A stretch of 64,000 nt of DNA from Chiloscyllium plagiosum (Eukaryota): contig NC_057753.1 in assembly GCF_004010195.1 (NCBI RefSeq), positions 12,514,415 to 12,578,414 on the forward strand, given 5' to 3'. Under the pieces are notes generated by a model that was given only the letters and a program-made list of their open reading frames with translations, made no database searches and was not told the origin of the DNA. This document shows, piece by piece, positions 25,829 through 39,434 of the stretch (its first letter is position 1; every line of letters starts with the position of its first letter). Position numbers and translations under genes: made by a program.

Positions 25829-26640
25829 TTTCAGAAGATGAGGTGTTGAAGTTAAGAAACTGAAACCAAAATCGTATCAGGATCTGGGAGAGAATCATCA
25901 AACACATCACAACCCGAATATCACCTGATCTTGAACATGTAATGAGAAAACACTGTTCATAGTGGGGAGAAACCATACACGGCTTCTCTATGCGGATAAG
26001 GCTTCAAACATTTTCTGGCCACTCAATATATAAAAACATTCATACTCATGAGAAGCTTTGAAAATGTGAGGTCTCCTGGTAAGAATCTTTAATCAATCAA
26101 AGCTGAAAATTCATCAGTGAGTCACACTAGGGCGGGGCCTATCAAGTTGTGTCAGAACGGAGGGCGATTCACTCAGTCATCTATCCTAGGAAGAGACGAC
26201 ATTCACTTGCACAATGTTTGAGACGAGATTTATTCATTCATCAAAGTTGGTGACACATCGGCGAGTTCACACTGCTGAGAGACCTTTTACGTGCCGAATC
26301 AACGTGAGATGTTGTAAATGTCGTGAGGAAGCGATGCACCATGAATGCATTCACACTGACAGGAGACAGGTAACATGTTCTCACTGTGGGGATGTGTTTA
26401 GCTGATCATTTTACCTGACCGTAGAGATTGCATTAACACTAAGCAGAAGTCAATCAGTTGGTCTGACTGTGAGAAGGTGTTCTCCTAGTCATCGAACCTC
26501 TTAGAACACCAGCATGTTCATACTCCATCTTAAAACTTTTCCTGATCCAACTGTCAGTCATCCCATCTGCTGTGGCGCCATCACGTCCACACTGGAAAGA
26601 AGCTATTCATCTGTTTCAACTGGGGGTAAAGATTCACACA
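25829..26640 (+). pseudogene. C2H2 zinc-finger (Kruppel-type) pseudogene
   Basis: Acceptor TTTTCACAG followed by decayed linkers (HSGEKPY, HRRVHTAERPFTC, HTDRRQVTCSHCG, HTGKKLFIC) with many stops and frameshifts. Confidence 0.8.
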
Positions 26641-26641
26641 T

Positions 26642-28255
26642 AAAACATAGAACATTATAGTGCAGTACAGGCCCTTCGTCCTTCGATGTTGTGCTGACAT
26701 GTGAAACGTACCTGAAGCCCGTCTATCTTACACGATTCCATTGTCAACCATATATCTGTCCAATGAGCATGTCAAGACCGTCAAAGTGGGGGAGTGTAAT
26801 ACTGTTGCCTTCAGTGCGTTCCACGCCCCCACTACTCTCTGTGTAAAGAAATTATCACCGACATGTGTTCTAAAAATATCACCACTCAGTTTAATGTTAC
26901 ATTCTCTCGTGCTAGTCTTCAGCATCCGAGGAAAAATGGCATTCACTGTCCATCTTATATAACCCTCTGATTATCTTGTATATGTCTCAACCTTCTTCAC
27001 TCGAAAGAAAAACAGCCTCAAGTCCCTCTGCCTTTGCTAATAAGACCTTCCCTCCATACCAGGCAACATCCTGTAAATTTCAACTCAACTGTCTCCAAAA
27101 CCTCCAGATGCTTCCTTTAATGCGGTGACCAGAACTGTATGCAATACTCCAATGGCCAGTGTTTTGCACAGGTGCAGCATGACCTCGTGGCTCTGAAATT
27201 CAATCTCTCTACCAATAAAAGCTAACACATCCTGTATGCCTTCTTAGCAACCCTATCAACCTGAAGGCAACTGTCAGGGATCTATACACATGCATACCGA
27301 AATCTCTTTGCTTGTCTGCACTGCCAAGACACTAGCCAGTGCTTTTTATTACTGTTTTTTCTTCCAAACTGAATCACCTCACTCTTTTCCAAATTAAACT
27401 CCATTTGCCACTTTTCAGCCCAGCTCTGCAGTTTATCTAAGTATCTTTGTAGCCTGCAACATCTTTCACATCCTGTATGCCTTCTTAGCAACCTTATCAA
27501 CCTGAAGGCAACTGTCAGGGATCTATACACATGCATACCGAAATCTCTCTGCTTGTCTGCACTGCCAAGACACTAGCCAGTGCTTTTTATTACTGTTTTT
27601 TCTTCCAAAGTGAATCACCTCACTCTTTTCCAAATTAAACTCCATTTGCCACTTTTCAGCCCAGCTCTGCAGTTTATCTAAGTATCTTTGTAGCCTGCAA
27701 CATCTTTCAGCAATATTCACAACTCTCCCGACCATAGTGTCATCTGCAAATTTACTAACCCATCCTCTCCGCCCTCATCCAGGTCATTTATAAAAATGGC
27801 AAACAGATCCTTGCAGTACACCATTATTACCTGAACTCCAGGATGATCATTTTCTGTCAACCACCATCCTCTGTCTTCTTTTAGCTCGCCAACTTATGAT
27901 CCAAACGGCTAAATCACCCTCAATCCCACGCCCCTGCATTTTGTGCGGTAGCCTACAATGTGAAACCCTGTCAAACACTTTACTGAAATCTACATACACC
28001 ACATAAACCATTTTACCCTCATCCATCTGTTTGGTCACGACTCAAAGAAATCAATAATGATTGTGAGGCATGAACTAAATGGCGTTGTCTGTCCAGAATC
28101 AACTTATTGTTCTTGAGATGAGTATAAGTCCTATCTCTTATAACTTTTCGAATACGTTATCTTCAACCAAAGTGAGGCTCACTGGTCTATACTTTCCAGA
28201 GTTGGCTCTATCCCGTTCTTGAACAAGGGGACAACATTTGCTATCCTTCAGTCTT
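26642..28255 (-). mobile_element. CR1 LINE (RT to 3' end)
   Basis: VDFSKVFDRVSH; WAEKWQMEFN; FFTQRVVGAWN; tail at ~26645. Confidence 0.88.
27226..27707. repeat. 241-bp near-identical tandem duplication within a CR1
   Basis: 27226-27466 and 27467-27707 differ at only about three positions seen by eye. Confidence 0.92.
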
Positions 28256-28899
28256 CATTTATCACAGCTGCTGAGTCAAGATAAAGTTCACAACTAACCA
28301 GAGTGATTGAAGTTTCATATTTATCCCATCCAGGAGTGAGTTATGTTTATTGTGCTCTGTTTCTGATGACGTTATCGTACACCAACTCAAATTTGCATTA
28401 ACATTTTATTGACACGTCAAAGAAACCAGCTTTATTAAATAGAGTGCATGGTAAAACACAGTGCATGCCATTCTTCTTTCATATAATACCAGACGTTCTC
28501 TCTCAAATTTTCCCCTATTTTTAACAGGTGTGATGAGATCATGGAGCTTCTTTGTCGCTGAGATTAAGACAATCAGATCAACTGCTTCTCTTGTTTCCAT
28601 CCTTTACTCGTCCCTGGGTCAAGCTGCTTCAAAATGTGCTCGTTGCCTGAGCTCTGAACTCACATATCTTGCTAGTTTCTGTCATTTACCCTCATATTCA
28701 CATGACGTTTGTCTTGTCCGTGGGGTCAACCTTATGTTCTATTGACGTTATTCTCACGAAACAAGAGACAAGTTCATGATCATCCAATAAAAATCTTCAT
28801 GAGTTTAAACATTCCACTCAGTGTATTTAAATAAATAAGCCTTTTTGAACCATGGAGTCAGCAAATTTTGTTTGTTGATATTGACATTTTAGTCAGGTG

Positions 28900-29905
28900 T
28901 GTTCAATGCAGTGCTGGGCCCTCTACTTTTTGTCATTTACATAAATTATTTGGATGCGAGCATAAGAGGTACAGTTAGTAAGTTTGCAGATGACACCAAA
29001 ATTGGAGGTGTAGTGGATAGCAAAGAGGGTTACATCAGATTACAACAGCAACTGGACCATATGGGCTAATGGGCAGAGAAGTGGCAGATGGAGTTTAATT
29101 CAGATAAATGCGAGGTGCTGCATTTTGGGAAAGCAAATCTTAGCAGGACGTATACACTTAATGGTAAGGTCCTGGGAGTGTTGCTGAACAAAACGACCTT
29201 GTAGTGCAGGTGCATAGCTCCTTGAAAGTGGAGTCGCAGGTAGATAGGATAGTGAAGAAGGCGTTTGGTATGCTTTCCTTTATTGGTCAGAGTATTGAGT
29301 ACAGGAGTTGGGAGGTCATGTTGCGGCTGTACAGGACATTGGTTAGGCCACTGTTGGAATATTGCGTGCAATTCTGGTCTCCTTCTTATTGGAAAGATGT
29401 TGTGAAACTTGAAAGGGTTCAGGAAAGATTGACAAGGATGTTGCCAGGGTTGGTGGATCTCAGCTACAGGGAGAGGCTGAACAGGCTGGGGCTGTTTTCC
29501 CTGGAGCGTTGGACGCTGAGGGGTGACCTTATAGATGTTTACAAAATTATGCGGGGCATGGATAGGATAAATAGACAAAGTCTTTTCCCTGGGGTCGGGA
29601 GGCCTTAACTAGAGGGCATAGGTTTAGGGTGAGAAGGGAAAGATATAAAAGAGACCTAAGGGGCAACCTTTTTCACGCAGAGGGTGGTACATGTATGGAA
29701 TGAGCTACCAGAGGAAGTGGTTGAGGCTGGTACAATTGCAACATTTAAGAGGCATTTGGGTGGGTATATGAATAGGAAGGGTTTGGAGGGATATGGGCCG
29801 GGCACTGGCAGGTGGGACTAGATTGAGTTGGAATATCTGGTGGGCATGGACGAGTTGGACCGAAGGGTCTGTTTCCATGCTGTACATCTCTATGACTCTA
29901 TGACT
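28900..29905 (+). mobile_element. Young 5'-truncated CR1 LINE
   Basis: KFADDTKIGG ... LEYCVQFWSP ... RGDLIDVYKIMRG; (ATGACTCT)n tail. Confidence 0.93.
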
Positions 29906-31121
29906 CAGTGCAAGAACTTTTCAAACACTATGTAAATACAAACTTTAGAAACTTTTTGTGTTATACAGTTCACATTCTTGTCGATACTTTATTCTATTGT
30001 TGCTACACTTCCAGAAATAAAAACCTGAAATAAGCCTCTCGCTGCTCTTTACTTCCAATTTGTTTGGTTAATCCAATTTGATTTGCTGATTTTATTTTTG
30101 TTTGAAACGAATTGTCTGTTCATTATACATTAAATTCACTTGCATAATATCGTCATCCTATCTCTCTTTTCAATAACATAGTGTGTCCAGTACTCGAACA
30201 CAAGATGGAACAGCATGAGAGTCCTACAAATACTTGATGATATATGGGCTATGAAGTGAAGATTGAGTTTATTTAAAAAAAATAAATCCACCTAAGCATT
30301 GCATAAGATTGTAATGGTCTGAAGGATTACAGGAAGCCAAGAAGTGAGTTAAGCAGTCCTCAACAACGCAATGCCACATGAACTGGGTCAGTGAAAAACT
30401 GGTATTGATCTCAAAAGGCGAAGCCCGGAAATTGATGTTTCCCTCAGTGGAACATTGTAAATTGTAATACAGCACGGAGAATTTCGTCAACTTATCATTC
30501 TCAAAAAGGCAATATTTTAGCTTCTCCCCTCCATTGGGCAGCTCAGAGAGGGACATTGAAAAGTCATGAGAATCCATAGCAACCTTGCGGGTTGTCTCTT
30601 ATAAAGAAAGATCAAAATGTTCCGTTTTTTTTTTGTTTGAAACTGAGTGCAGTGAGTTGAAGTCCAGAAACAATGCACATCAAATAATCTATTTTCCTGT
30701 TTTGTTACAACCCCGAACCATATAGTAAACTCTTTCAGGCGATTTTCTGAGATCATGGAACATTTTATATTCCATGATTTCAGATCAATAAAATATATTA
30801 GATTCTTCAGTGTTTGGGGTAGGTGTGGATTAACGTTTTGGTCGGCATATAAGAGATTGGGAGGAAAGATCTGTCTCCGCGCTGTCGGAAATGATGACAC
30901 TGAATCTATGAAGCTCGATGATGCTGTCGCAGCATGAAGGTTATTTTTTCGATAATTCAGCTTTCCTTCATATTGCAAAGAGGGAAATAGGTCTTACGTT
31001 TCTTAGTACAGAAGCTGCAGCACATAGTTTGTTCGTGGGATTGAGAGGTTGAAATACTGCTGCCCATTGAGTCAGATTTGTGGGATTGAAATAACTCCGA
31101 AACACTTCACTGTTTTATTAT

Positions 31122-32023
31122 TCATTGCTGAAAACGATCAGTAAGCCTGGTAAAGGGATACACCAGCACCTTCTTCAATTCCTCACGGAACTTGTTCTGG
31201 GACACAACGTAAATAAAGAAATTGTTGCAGGAACTGAGTAACTGAAGCATGTTGGTCGTCTCTTGAAGAATATACTGCTGGTTACTGAAACCCAAGCTTG
31301 ATACGTATTCATCACCAGTAACCATTCTGTACAGGAAACGCGCAAAATATGTCGCCCAGAGGAGCAGGAAGCTGAGAGAGATTGCAAAGAGAAGAATTAT
31401 TGACCTCTTGCGATTGGCCATTTCTGTGTCTTCGCTATTTTCAGCACCCAGTAGCCTCTTACGGGCTCTGCTTGCCACTAAGATATGTCTTACATTCAAG
31501 ACATTTAACAAAAGAATGATAAGGAATGGGAGAAAAGGGGCTAAGATGCGATCAAGCCAGTAGTATGTCTGCCAGGCAGGAGACTTGTGGAAGATCGGTT
31601 TGATATCACAAAACCAGGGCACACCATCCAGAATGTACAAAGGCTGGTAGATGAAGTAGAATGGGATGTTCTTGCAGCAGCTCAGAGCATATATCACTCC
31701 GATAATCACTGAAGCACTTTTCTCAGTGCAGTACTTAGTCTTCAGACTCTGGCAGCAAATAGCTACAAAACGGTCAATGGTGAAGGCCACGGTAAGCCAA
31801 ACCGAGCAATCCCGCGTGGCATAGACGAGCGCAGCATTGAGGCAGCATGCAGGAGTTGTGGACAATACACTGAAGCTGAAGTAAATGCGGCTGATGCGGT
31901 TGAGGATGCACCCAGTGATGATGACAAGGAAATCAGCTACCGCTATGGCGACCAGGTAGTAGGTGACACATCGGGAAAGGCCGCAATGTCTTTGCGATAG
32001 TATTACAATGGCCAGCAAGTTGG
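31122..32023 (-). CDS. GPR139/GPR142-like GPCR, paralogue 2, exon 2 (spliced product 323 aa)
   Basis: CAG acceptor at 32026-32024; ANLLAIVILSQRHCGLS...AFTIDRFVAI...WFC...SSCNNFFIY; open to TGA. Confidence 0.92.
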
Positions 32024-32279
32024 CTGTGATAGATAAAAGAACAACAATGTTACCAAGGGTCTCCAAAAATGAGTTCCCACCTGATCCTCAGATTTCCTTA
32101 AACTTTTCGGTTTAATCACGTTTCCATCTTCAAGCTGTCTGCTCCACTTGGTGGTTCAATTTCCAAAGCTCAAGTAAGCATTTACCTATAAAATATGTGA
32201 ACACTTTCTTTCGACATCTTGAATTCCACTTCCTGGTCTTCAGTCAATTTCAGTGGCCAGCTATCTAATTCGAGGCAAG

Positions 32280-32940
32280 GCTCTTTACATCACGGGTGTT
32301 ACCATTACCTGGAGGCTGAACAAGACCAGGCATATAAATGAATTGGCACAACAGCAAATTAGAGACTCAGGCTCCTGCAGCACACAATTCATCTCCCGAA
32401 TCCCAAACGTCGGTCCATCATCTAGAAGGCATAAGTGCGGGACTGTAATTGAATACTAAAAGCTTGCCTGGATGTGTTCAATTCCAACAAAACTCAAGAC
32501 GTGTGCACTATCCTGGAAAAAGTAGCCCGATTGACTGGCATGATACCCTGAATTGCACACTCCATCAGATATTGATATTCATTTGCAACACCATAGACAA
32601 AAGGCACTACAGTAATTTACCAAAGATCCTCAGACAGCACCTTGTAAATACATGACCACATCCTTCAAGAAGAACAAGGGCAGTGGACAGCTGAGAATAC
32701 CACCACCTGTGCGTTCCCTTCCAGCCACTTACCATCCTGATTGGAGATATATCATTAATACTTCACTGTCACCGGGACTAAATCCTGGAACTTCCTCCCT
32801 AACTACACTGTGGATCTACCTACATCAGATGTGCTACAGCGCTTGAAGAAAGCTACTGACAGCGACGTTCTCAAGGGGAAACAAAAGTGGGCAATTAACT
32901 ACTGTTGTAGTTAACAAAGTCTGCATTCGTCAAGAGATTA
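32280..32940 (+). mobile_element. Old LINE 3' fragment (CR1/L2-type, same family as 35440-36600)
   Basis: Shares the 3' sequence (...CAGCG-TT-AAGAA-GC...TTCTCAAGG) with 36300-36600 and 33670-33840. Confidence 0.5.
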
Positions 32941-34310
32941 TCAAGTTGCTGTCCACACCTACCAACGTTCAGCCAGCGACCTTATGTTCACTGATTTGCA
33001 TTGTGCCCAGTCTACAATATCACAGTTCAGATAATCTTATTCTTCAAAATTTCGCATACATTCATAGTTCACTCACTTCCATTCCGTTCACATTACGCAG
33101 CCGCCTCTGTTGTCAGGGTGGCTGCAAGTTGAATACTAATTCTTTAATCAGCTTTTAAAGTTGATCCCTGATCTCCAGAGATCACTAAATCAGTGGCCCA
33201 CCTGCCCCGTCTTCTTTGGCCTTTTTTTAAAGTAATGTTTTAATCGTGTCTTTAGTCTTTTGCTTTGATAGTCCCTTAATTTACTTGTGATAAAATTTGG
33301 ATATTAAAACTTCCGACCTTGCACACTGGAGTAGGCTGACAAGGAAATCCAGCCAGAGATTCTCAAATAGAATTTGGTGATAAGTAATAAACGGTAGCCT
33401 TGACTGCAACAGTCAAATCCGAGTAATTATAACGACATGCAATTCTCTTCAATAGAAATGCTAGTCAAACATTTATCATCACAGTAAAAAATGTGCATCC
33501 ACTCAACTAACAAATTTCATGTCTTTTTGCAAATAATCGCTTACATCCCGTTAAAAATTGAAACCACAGCAGGGAAATTTACTTCTTTGGAACTGTTTCA
33601 TCGTGTCTATCTTTTACATTGCAGATTCGACTAAGCAGTGAATGTTTTATGCGTTGCAATTTTTTTTCACTGTCACTGGCTTGAAATCCTGAAGTATCCT
33701 CCCTACGTTCTCTATGAAACTACATACATCAGATACATTACAGCGGTTCAAGATGGTAGCTCACTGCCACCTTTTCAAGTGATAAGTAGAAGTGGACAAT
33801 TAACTGTTGGACCAGCGAACAAGACCCACATCCCACAGAGTTTTAAAAAGTTGCTGTCCTCACGTACAAAAGCAATTAAAACACTGCAATATCTATTTCC
33901 TGTTTCTATATTCAGATGGTCAAACGTTGCTGTTTTACTGCATAATGTGAGACTATTTTTCACAGAGTTCACTGCATTTCCTCAAAAGCAAAATTCTGCA
34001 AAATTTCAATAAGAGATAGAATTATGTTAAATTGACATCACACAGTGTTCAATGCATATTTCATTAATCTAATCAAAGTACGTTTTTATGAATGTACTGA
34101 AATTATTTTGAATCAAATATGTTAACTCTCCGCATTGCCAGCAATTAACTAATTAGAAGAGCATAGGTATACTCATAGAAAATTCACAGACTGAAGTCAT
34201 TTACTGAGGCCGTGCGTATTATGATAGAGGTTAATCCTGAAACGTCAGCTCCACCAATTTCAAGTAACTGCAAAAATAAGTTAGTAAGTTATTAGGAATC
34301 AATTTCATAC

Positions 34311-34380
34311 CAGGAGCACCTATTATAGCGAGAATTGGATAGCAAACAGCATAGAACAGGCCTTTCGCTGGTCCGTGCAT
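34311..34380 (-). CDS. GPR139-like paralogue 2, coding exon 1
   Basis: ATG 34380, MHGPAKGLFYAVCYPILAIIGAP + G|GTATGA; 70 nt, phase 1. Confidence 0.9.
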
Positions 34381-34439
34381 CCTATCTGAGAAGCTCAAGC
34401 TGCAGCCCTCACCTCTGTGGCATATCCAACGTGTCTCTT

Positions 34440-34476
34440 ATTTATTTGACATGACAGTCTCTAGAGGATGAATTAA
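34440..34476 (-). promoter_or_regulatory. Conserved promoter block: homeodomain + O/E-like site and TATA-like box
   Basis: TTAATTCATCCTCTAGAGACT (34476-34456) then AATAAAT (34446-34440). Confidence 0.65.
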
Positions 34477-35439
34477 ACCTCATCATGCATCTCAGTTGCA
34501 AATCAGTAAACAAACAAATTATCTCAAGTTTTAATGTCGTTCATTTTAATCATCGGGATGGCGTGTGGCTCAGTGTCATTTTGTCAGCTCACTGCTGGCT
34601 GGAAATTCCTTGCATCGAAACCCTCCTTTTAGTTTTAATGGAGTGGAGTTGCTAATATTCGACGCTGAGTGGATATTCTATCTCTAATCTAAACTTAACA
34701 TTTTCTAAGACTAGCATATTCTAAGCAATTTTGTTCTTTTGTTTGTTATATTTGTGAATGTCATTGTCAGAGATTTAAATTCTCATAAATTACTGTTGCC
34801 TCAGACTTGTCACAGATACAAAATTAATCTGTACGGCGTCACTAATACCTTACAAGAAAAGAAACGTGGGTGTCCACCCTCACATGCTAACTGTGGGAAA
34901 TGTGCAAGCGTTTCAGTTTTACTGGTCAAGTAGAAAGACAGGAAGGAGCTTCAAAAAGGCATCGCCTGTTCACCAGATATCCCATGGCACCAGGTCAACT
35001 CACTGCAAGGAAAGTTCCTGACTCACCCTGTTACGTGATGAACTAGTGCTCCTCTGTTTTGGACATGAGTTATTGGATGAGCTGAAAATGTCAAAAGCAC
35101 ACAAAACACTTTGTCTGGGGAACCCCAACATTCCACAAGATGTGGTTTGGAAACCCCTCCACTAATCGAGCTAGTTGAATCTTAGCTGTGTGTCGTGGTA
35201 AAACTAACTGGAGGGATAAAATTATACGTGTTTGTAAACTCAGAAATCTTCTCAACATTTGTCCATAACGGCACTGGCCATATCCTTATGGCAATGAAAT
35301 CCCAGCTTTAAATCGAGAATTCCCTCCATTGCGTTGTGTAACATTGTAACAGTGACAAACAGGATAGATTTCGAACAGATCAACCGATTCAAGAAGTGGC
35401 ATCAATGTAGCAAAACGGGCAACGTGGCAACACTATCCG

Positions 35440-36600
35440 ACACAATCTGTCACGTTATGACACCGCGTTTTCCCCACTCCATCATATCATCATGACAAGG
35501 GTTGATCCTTAATTAAATGAAGAGTACAGGGAGCATGCAAGGATCAGCAGTAACACCTGAAAAGCGTTGTAAACCTGGTGAAGCTACGAAACAGGACTCC
35601 GTGTGTTCTCGGTGGTAAAAGCAGCAAGTGACAGTCAGAGTTATGTGACCACGCAACCAAATGGTCAGATCTCAACTCTGCAGTCCTGCTGCATCCGGCC
35701 ATAAACTGTGGTGAGCAATTCTAACCATTCACTGAAGGTGGAGGCTCCATAAACATCCCGAACCTGAATGGTAGGAGAATCCAGCCTACCAGTCCAGAAG
35801 AGAAAGTTGAAACATTCACTGCAAACCTCAGCCAAAAGCCCTTGACCGCAAGGTCACATTTGGGTGATTGTGGTATGAAAGAGCCCAAGCAAAACTGTAA
35901 ATAGTTGAATGACAATGCATACCGTCTATTGGTCTGTCTCACATGGAAAGATAGAAATATGGCTGAAGGTTTTGGAGGCTCTTTGGAGCGTCGGCGCAGA
36001 ATCGAAGGCCCCAAATAACTGTATTCTGCAGTGTAGGAATACTATGTGTAACTCATCTTCTGACTCCGCAAAGCTTGTCCACCGACGACAAGATGCAAGG
36101 CAGATTAAGATGGAATGCACCTCAATTGCCTTGATGAGTGCAACAACACCCAAGAAGCTTAACATCATGCAGAACGAATCGGTGCGATTAGTTATCACCA
36201 CATTCACAAGACCTAACGCCTGCACCAGCGCAGTCAGCAGCAGCAGATTGTAATATCTGTAACATCCACTGCAGAAACTAACCAAAGACCCTTTGACAGC
36301 ACCTGCCAAATCAATGACCACTTTTATCTGGAAGGGAGAGGACAGCAAGTTCAATAGCACACGATAACATATAAGTTCCCCTTGAACCGCTCACTGACCT
36401 GATTTGGAAATGCATTGCCATTCCTTCATTGTTGTTGTGTCAAAGTTCTGCAGTTGCCTCTGCTCGTGAATTACTGTTCAATCTACAGCATTTGGATTGT
36501 AACAGTTCAAGAAGGCAGTTGAGTGTCACTTTTTCAAGGTGGTATTTAGGCATAAGCAATAAATGTTGGTGAGACAGTGACATCACATTGCAGAATGCAA
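35440..36600 (+). mobile_element. Old LINE fragment (CR1/L2-type, internally deleted)
   Basis: Decayed ORF2-like sequence; 3' end shared with 32280-32940. Confidence 0.5.
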
Positions 36601-39434
36601 TTTAATAAATGCCTTGGATCGTACCTGAGTAAGCCGATGAAAGTGAACATCTAAACACTTGTGAATTTTAAAGAGGATTTCAGCGTTTGCTGCCCACACC
36701 AGAAGTAATTTCCTGATTCCTATCTCCCCCCGGTGAGCGAAAAAAATGATCTGCTACCTTCTTTTTTTCTGCTTGTTACCTTATAGTTATGGCCATGAGA
36801 AAATGAGGCAAATACTCTCGTTCACCCCGTCACACCTTAACACCGGGGACCATAATTGGCAGGATTAAAACGTGCGTGGGGAACCCATAATTGATTCCAT
36901 ATCTGTCAGCTTAACAAGTCCGTCATGACTATACCCGTTGACTGACAGGTGTCGGGCTAACTCGTTGGGTCTCTGTGTAACCTCGGCGTCGATGCTAAAA
37001 TCTGAATATTCTGAAATACACCGATGGTCAAAATATTCCATTGTGAAAAATGAGTGTTTCATTCTCTCCCCAGGGATTGATAATATTTGCACTTGTAGAT
37101 ATTAAAGAAATTTTGCTTGCAATGAAACTTCAAGAAATTTAAACTTGCAGATGGCCTGGGATTTATGAGAGACACGTTTGGCGTCAATGTCCAGATGAAT
37201 AATGGAGCAAAGACTCCTGAAATACTGACTCCAGATACCGTGGTAGTACCTGAAACAACATTTCTGTGGTCCTCAGGAAAACTGTGGAATGTGGGCTCAA
37301 GATTGATTTTCCCAAATTCCATTATGACCTGCACTTCCTTACGAACAATGCCCTCCATTTTCCTCCACATTTCTTGCTGGATCTACATTGACCTGCACTC
37401 TTCCCTCATTCAGAAACCAGATTCCCTCATGCACCCATACAATTTGAATGACAAACAATCTGAATTGTGTCACTGACTGACAAAAATCCAATTAGCTCAT
37501 TTTCGGATTCACAATAGCAAGCTTTTTTCATAAAATTAAATAACTTTGACTCGGAATTTTCTTTAGAGATTTATTGTGACTTCTAGTTTGGACTCTCACA
37601 CAAAGATTGTGGCAATGCTTCCTGGAGGTTTAGTGAGTGGAACATAATATCCCTACGTTTTTCTGAGCATTTGTTAGGTTTATAAGGAGTTTTGGCTTGG
37701 TTTGAAGGGTTTTGTGCCCCAGGGATAGGCAGTAAGCCGTTGTTTGAAGCTGCAGTCGCCTCTTCCCCTTGACAGCCGGGGATTAGAGAGTGCGCGTCTG
37801 ATATCTTGCTGCTTTTCTGCTTTTCCTTGTCTCCAATGTAGAGCTAAGTAAGGGTAAATCATTGAGAGGTTTGTTTAAATTGAATCACTTCATAGTTTTC
37901 TGACGGCTCAGATGTGAGACATGTAATGATCTAGATCATCCACAGATTTGCAATGAATATTCACTTAGATTAGAAACAACTTTGATAATACTCCACAAAT
38001 AATAGTTCTTGTCGGGGAACATTTTTCTGAAATTAATATGGAGCACCAATGAACTCTGATGATGTAAAACCAGCCTTCCTATCGTAGTCTTGTGCCACCA
38101 ACCTTGCGCTGAATTGTAAAACACGCTGACCAAATACACGACAGAAATTGACAGATCACAACTCTGCATAATTCCCAAAAGCAAACTGTCAGTCAATTCA
38201 AGCTTCAGATTCCTGATCCCAGGATGGCAATTGTCCTCCAACAGCTTTACCTTTACTTTGAAATAAAGGTTTGTACATTCATTGTGAAGATATGGAAGCT
38301 GTCTGATCCCTCCCACTGCAGACACACCAACGTCACAGGGAACCAAATCTCCTTCAACCAGGCCTGTCTACCTTTGCGCCTTTCACTCGCCCATCTGTTT
38401 CACATTCTGTTGACAATTCAATGTTGCCCTAAACAGTTGTATTAGTCCAAGCATTAAAAAAAAATGCTTTCAACGTATGGACAATTACGTCCGAGCGTAA
38501 AATAACCGAAATGTTTTTCTGAAACTTGGGGAACGAATGTGAATGAAACTGTTGTTGATATTTTTCGCACCATCCAGTCTATTAGGACCATGAACGCACT
38601 AATTCAAAAGCAGTTATTCTTTGTCCTCTCCTTTGCCAAAACGAACACTTTGTGCAGAGTTCCTACCCCACAGGAAATCATCATAAACACGGAAGTATTA
38701 CAGATTATTGTCAGATGGGACACGAGTGAACTGACAGTCCTGTAAATTGTGGTCATAGCAACTGTGCAGCACCGCGATCCAGTAAAATTATGTCTATTTT
38801 TTCTCAATGATTGGTGAATGTTTTTAATGGGTGATTATTTCCGCAAAATAGTCTCATTGTTGTTACGAAAATACTTTTATTGACGTCACTTATGCCTTTT
38901 TTGTTTCCATTTTACAATTTTATCTTATTTCAGAGGTTACCTTTCTGAGTCCCCTGAATTACCCAAGTCGATCACAGAATAATACTTTTTTACGATAAGC
39001 AGGTCAGTTTAACGTGAATAAACTGGCCTGGAGAATCATTAAATGATGATTTAGAAAAGCAAACTGACACACGCCCAAATTCAAATCATCATGGCCACAA
39101 CCAAGTTTCAGGAATTCCATGATTCAATGGAAATTGATCAGTTGCTTCTTCTATTTGTATTCCTCATAAATGCTATTTCTATCAAAATTGACCATCGACA
39201 AAGCCCGAACATGTCAAACAGCAGGAAGGTAGGTTAGGCACCACCGAAATATCCATCTACGTTAGCCTTTCAGAAACTGCTATTCAAATGAATGATACGA
39301 AATAAATCCCATTTTGCAACTGATAATTTCAGTATACACCGATTATGAATAGAATGCATTTTCAATTGTGCTCTCCGATGAAAACTATGTTAGAGCATAT
39401 TGAGAAAGAAACTGTTACAGGATAAAATCCCTAC

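Noticed and set aside
34218..34252. Hammerhead-like TATGATAG...GAAACGTC in the paralogue 2 intron
   Set aside because: Core CUGANGA is mutated and it is antisense to the gene; a dead repeat remnant.
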